Assembly (NCBI RefSeq): GCF_028368995.1
Contig: NZ_JAQNDL010000005.1
Location: 384,001-448,000 of the forward strand
Direction: 5' to 3'
Source: Nannocystis bainbridge
GTDB lineage: Bacteria; Myxococcota_A; Polyangia; Nannocystales; Nannocystaceae
Length of the DNA stretch: 64,000 nucleotides
Under the pieces are notes generated by a model. That model saw only the letters and a list, made by a program, of their open reading frames with translations, searched no databases and was not told the DNA's origin. The position numbers were made by a program, and so were the translations under genes. Below are positions 62,418 through 64,000 of this stretch, piece after piece; the stretch's first letter is position 1; each line of letters starts with the position of its first letter.

Positions 62418-64000
62418 TCACAGCGTCTTGAGGTACTCGAGGATCGCCAGCCGCTCCTCGTCGGTGAGCACCGCCGTGAACTCGTGGCCTTCGTTGCCCT
62501 GGCCGTGCATGTGCGTGTTGTAGATCTTGCGCTCCTCCATCTGCTTCTCGGTGAGGATCGGCGGATAGAGGATGTTCCACACCCCGATGAAGTTCGAATA
62601 CAGCGTGCCGAGGAGCAGCTGCACCAGCGGGTCGTTGTCGCTGCCGGGCACACAATCGATGTACGGCGACACGTCGGGCTGGTTCAGGCCCTTCATCTCG
62701 CACGCGATCTCCTGGTAGTACCAGCCGACCCGTTCGGCGTCGAAGGCGGTGAGGCTGGTGTCGTAGCCCATCACCACATCGCCCGCCTGATCGGGCCGGG
62801 GCGGCGTCGAAAGTCGCAGCCAGATGTTCTTGCGCGCCGCGGGCTGCAAGATCTCCCAGATGTTGGGCACCGACCCGTTGTGGAGGTACGGCGCCGTCGC
62901 CCACACCCCGTGGAGCGGCGGCGCGAGGTAGCCGAGCTCGCGATCGCCGCGCAGGTCCTCGCGGTTCTGCGGGCCGCAGTCCTGGTCGGTGCCCGCGGTC
63001 TCGGGGTAGCCGAAGAAGTTCTTCGCGCCGGCCACCTGCACCGCCTCGTTGTTGGTCTCCATGCGCACCGGGTCGGTGCCGATGACGTCGAGCGGGGTGA
63101 TGTAGCTGGCCACGCCCTCGAGCTCCGGCCGGGCCAGCCACGCCAGGTCGTTGAAGAAGCGCGGCGCGTAGGCCCCGTGGCAGCTCGAGCACGAGCCGTT
63201 GCCGGCCTTGGGGTTTTTGATCGGGTTCTTGCGCTCCGGCGCCCACAGGTCGAGCGTGTGGAAGTGGACGGCGCCGCTGCTCGCCAGCCCCTCGTCGATG
63301 GCGAACGGATAGCGGGGCGCCTTGAGCGTCACGATCCAGTCATTCGCGTCGGGGGCGTGCTGGCGCATCCAGTCCTGCCCGGACTCGCTGAGCTGACCGA
63401 GGATGCCGCCGAAGAGGCCGAAGAACGGGGTGTAGAACACCATGTCGACGCGCGGCGCGTCCATCGGGAACGTCCCGTCGACGAACTTCAACGCGCGGTG
63501 GCCCATGTTCCACCACGACGGCGTGTTCATGCCCGCGGTCGATCCGGAGGTGAGCACGCCCCATAGTGTCTGTAGATCGAACCCCTCCTCGTCGGGGAAC
63601 AAAAAGGCGAGGTTCACGTCGCTGGCGTTGTTGACCCCGCGGGTGCGGTTGAGGTTGGCGATCGTCGCCGCCGAGGCGAGGTAGCCGAGCGGGAGCATGT
63701 CGCGCAGGAAGAGGTTGTGATCGGCGAGCGGGCTGCCGCTGCCGAGCATCAGCCCGAGGCCGGGGCCGTCCTCCGCGGCGCCGATGCTGCCGGAGTGGCA
63801 GCCCTGGCAGGTGATGCCGATCTTGCCGGTCCACGTGCCGTCGGGCCCGCGCAAGTGCGTGAAGAACTGCGGCAGCCGACCCGAGCCGCCGTTGGTGAGG
63901 TTCGGATCCTCGCCCGGCAGCGGATACGGGTTCGGCGTCGATCCGAACGGCGCGCCGTAGCGCTGCGACACCAGCTCGTCGAAGTTGTCGGGCCGCGATT
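62418..64000 (-). CDS. RoxA-like di-heme cytochrome c (5' end beyond window edge)
   Basis: CQGCH and CSSCH; IGTDP; YLAPPLHGVWATAPYLHNGSVP; GNEGHEF..ILEYLKTL; frame open to the window edge. Confidence 0.85.
   Translation of the reverse strand, partial: SRPDNFDELVSQRYGAPFGSTPNPYPLPGEDPNLTNGGSGRLPQFFTHLRGPDGTWTGKIGITCQGCHSGSIGAAEDGPGLGLMLGSGSPLADHNLFLRDMLPLGYLASAATIANLNRTRGVNNASDVNLAFLFPDEEGFDLQTLWGVLTSGSTAGMNTPSWWNMGHRALKFVDGTFPMDAPRVDMVFYTPFFGLFGGILGQLSESGQDWMRQHAPDANDWIVTLKAPRYPFAIDEGLASSGAVHFHTLDLWAPERKNPIKNPKAGNGSCSSCHGAYAPRFFNDLAWLARPELEGVASYITPLDVIGTDPVRMETNNEAVQVAGAKNFFGYPETAGTDQDCGPQNREDLRGDRELGYLAPPLHGVWATAPYLHNGSVPNIWEILQPAARKNIWLRLSTPPRPDQAGDVVMGYDTSLTAFDAERVGWYYQEIACEMKGLNQPDVSPYIDCVPGSDNDPLVQLLLGTLYSNFIGVWNILYPPILTEKQMEERKIYNTHMHGQGNEGHEFTAVLTDEERLAILEYLKTL

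Overview
A very GC-rich bacterial window whose gene content suggests a myxobacterium, probably Nannocystis-like (inference from the [11 protein letters not shown] lipoproteins, ECF/FecR modules, vWA-like lipoprotein, DUF1501 operon and RoxA-like cytochrome). It is mostly accessory DNA: a partial HlyD gene with an upstream RGPP-motif leader peptide, NUDIX plus a TipA-like MerR regulator with a recognisable 19-bp-spacer promoter, two ECF signalling modules, a sigma54 two-component system divergent from an RND efflux operon, an orphan type IIG/IIL-like methyltransferase, several oxidoreductases and regulators, dbpA, a catalase-like::LodA fusion with lodB, and a partial di-heme RoxA-like gene. The most striking region is a lower-GC island at about 45.8-55.1 kb. 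It holds a co-oriented biosynthetic operon: DAHP synthase, VOC-fold protein, adenylation-ACP-alpha-oxoamine synthase fusion, frameshifted type II thioesterase and chorismate-lyase-like protein. Upstream lie a roughly 135-bp compound microsatellite, (GTGA)n(GTGAGTAA)9(GTAA)10, and a 55-59 aa double-glycine-leader, Cys/Asp-rich RiPP-like precursor missed by the ORF track. I recognised no rRNA, tRNA, CRISPR array, integrase or transposase. All calls come from motif reading only; no database search was run.
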